41,504 nucleotides of DNA from an uncultured Candidatus Peribacteria bacterium (GTDB lineage Bacteria > Patescibacteriota > Gracilibacteria > Peribacterales > Peribacteraceae): the NCBI GenBank assembly GCA_964348745.1, contig CAYGDT010000001.1:1-41504 (forward strand), in the 5' to 3' direction. Made by a program: the position numbers and the translations under genes. Every line of letters begins with the position of its first letter. Positions within the stretch are counted from its first letter, which is position 1. The notes below the pieces were generated by a model. The model was not told the origin of the DNA, searched no databases, and saw only the letters and a list, made by a program, of their open reading frames with translations. This document shows positions 40,506 through 41,504 of the stretch, one piece after another.

Positions 40506-41504
40506 TCTGCTCGCTTAAGACAGCGGTCTCGTCCTCCTCCACTGAGATAACAATAGTCTCCTCATCGAGAACAACTGGATCAACGGTCTCGTTCTTTACG
40601 ATAAGCTTATCATACAGAAACTTACCCCTCTGCGCGATATACTGCGTCATTGGTAAGATGTACTTAGCAACAACGTTGCCGTTGACCACAGTCAAATCTT
40701 TGACCATGAGAATATCCGGTGTGGGTACGGTGTAGGTGGCGACTGTGTAACCGTGAACACCGACACGCTTCACGAAACGATCTGACCAGTCAAAGGATAT
40801 GAGTGTATCTGGGTGCTCCCAGGAGTGTCCGCGATGGTAGCGGCGGCAGTTCACCGGTCTGTCCTGACCATCAATAAAGAGTTGTACGTTACGGATACAG
40901 GCATTCCACACCATGTCACTGGAGACCGGGTAACCGTCTTCACCGACGGCGAAGTTGATTGGCTTCGGCCTAAAAGCCTCGCGCGCTGCAATCTCCATGG
41001 CGATCTTCTCCTGCTCAGCCTTTTTGGCGTCAATCTCGGAGAGGCGCTCTTCCTCCAAGCGCGCAGCATCAATGGCACCGCAGGCAGGGTGACCGTTTTC
41101 TAGAATATCCTCAATCAGTTCCTCCTTGACGTCAAAGGCACGGGCATAGTTCTCCGCCATAAATCCGACGATGTCAAAGAACTGAAGCAGGTTGATCTTC
41201 TCGCGAACCGTACACAAAGTAGCCATCTGTTCATCTGTAAGTTCGCCAGTTCCGGCTCCGGGTCCAGGTCCTCCGAATCCGCTCGGTGCGACTCCCACGT
41301 CGCCAAACCCTACGTTCGACAGTCCAATGAGGTAGCGAACAAGATTTTGTCTGCGATACCGTGACCCCTGGATCCCGCTATCGTCAGTTTCTTCTTCATT
41401 GCTGATACTCGATGAACTCTCACTCGAGGAACTGCTTGATGAAGAGCTTTCACTCGAGGAACTGCTTGATGAAGAGCTTTCACTCGAGGAACTGCTTGAT
41501 GAAG
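40489..41504 (-). CDS. Ser-repeat protein with a WNACIRN module (5-prime partial; the ORF is open to the window edge)
   Basis: The frame stays open from 41504 down to the stop at 40489; the track start at 41298 is an internal GTG. The N-terminal part is poly-Ser (SSSSSSSESS units). The middle contains DGYPVSSDMVWNACIRNVQLFIDGQDRPVNCRRYHRGHSWEHPDTLISF, paralogous to aa 1906-1967 of the giant protein. Confidence 0.7.
   Translation of the reverse strand, partial: SSSSSSSESSSSSSSSSESSSSSSSSSESSSSISNEEETDDSGIQGSRYRRQNLVRYLIGLSNVGFGDVGVAPSGFGGPGPGAGTGELTDEQMATLCTVREKINLLQFFDIVGFMAENYARAFDVKEELIEDILENGHPACGAIDAARLEEERLSEIDAKKAEQEKIAMEIAAREAFRPKPINFAVGEDGYPVSSDMVWNACIRNVQLFIDGQDRPVNCRRYHRGHSWEHPDTLISFDWSDRFVKRVGVHGYTVATYTVPTPDILMVKDLTVVNGNVVAKYILPMTQYIAQRGKFLYDKLIVKNETVDPVVLDEETIVISVEEDETAVLSEQTTIVE
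41421..41504 (-). repeat. Perfect 30-nt tandem repeat (2.8 copies, truncated by the window end) encoding a Ser-rich decapeptide
   Basis: The unit CACTCGAGGAACTGCTTGATGAAGAGCTTT occurs at 41421-41450, 41451-41480 and 41481-41504. In the coding frame it reads TCA TCA AGC AGT TCC TCG AGT GAA AGC TCT, which is SSSSSSSESS. Confidence 0.9.

Noticed and set aside
41404-41504. Possible CRISPR array, because of identical 30-nt repeats
   Set aside because: The repeats are directly adjacent with no spacers and lie in an open reading frame encoding poly-Ser. No cas genes are present in the window.
1-41504. Alternative genetic code (UGA reassignment, as in some candidate phyla)
   Set aside because: Long, motif-bearing ORFs terminate at TGA (for example 1465-2208 and lgt). 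No conserved gene appears broken at in-frame TGA codons, so the standard code fits.

Overview
This is a 41.5-kb chromosomal segment read with the standard genetic code; TGA, TAA and TAG all terminate long ORFs. I call about 38 protein-coding genes and 3 tRNA genes (Ser-UGA, Pro-CGG, Leu-CAG). I see no rRNA, CRISPR array, intact IS element or prophage. Housekeeping genes are few and scattered: a split-type transketolase subunit, a TSUP permease, riboflavin kinase, murE, rnhB, lgt and tsaD. Most coding capacity goes to envelope and surface proteins of a Gram-positive-type envelope: SLH domains, sortase, Lgt, lipoproteins, two M23 peptidases, O-antigen-ligase-like and GT-C-like membrane proteins, and a PKD protein. 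This content fits a reduced-genome, possibly episymbiotic bacterium (CPR/Patescibacteria-like), but that placement is inference only.

The five items most worth a second look:
1. A minus-strand surface-complex locus (3.1-10.5 kb). It combines two paralogous two-Cys beta-sandwich surface proteins, a DUF916/DUF3324-like membrane-anchored protein, and an adjacent, translationally coupled dockerin / cohesin+SLH gene pair.
2. A 2094-aa protein whose cytoplasmic N-terminus is a transposase-type HTH. It is joined through one TM helix to a tail-fibre-like, internally duplicated ectodomain.
3. A conserved WNACIRN...NC-x-RYH module shared by that giant protein and by a Ser-repeat protein at the window end. 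In both places the gene converges tail-to-tail on an M23 peptidase gene.
4. Two tandem paralogous 555-aa Cys-rich cytoplasmic proteins of unknown family. They sit in a tRNA-bounded accessory segment that also holds a small overlapping gene pair, a TrmB / PF10014-type dioxygenase pair and an 0.8-kb stretch with no convincing gene.
5. Recurrent RNA-level structures. All three tRNA genes bury their encoded CCA in an abutting trailer hairpin, and three intergenic hairpins are built from short simple-sequence units.

All family assignments come from motif recognition by eye. No searches or computations were run.
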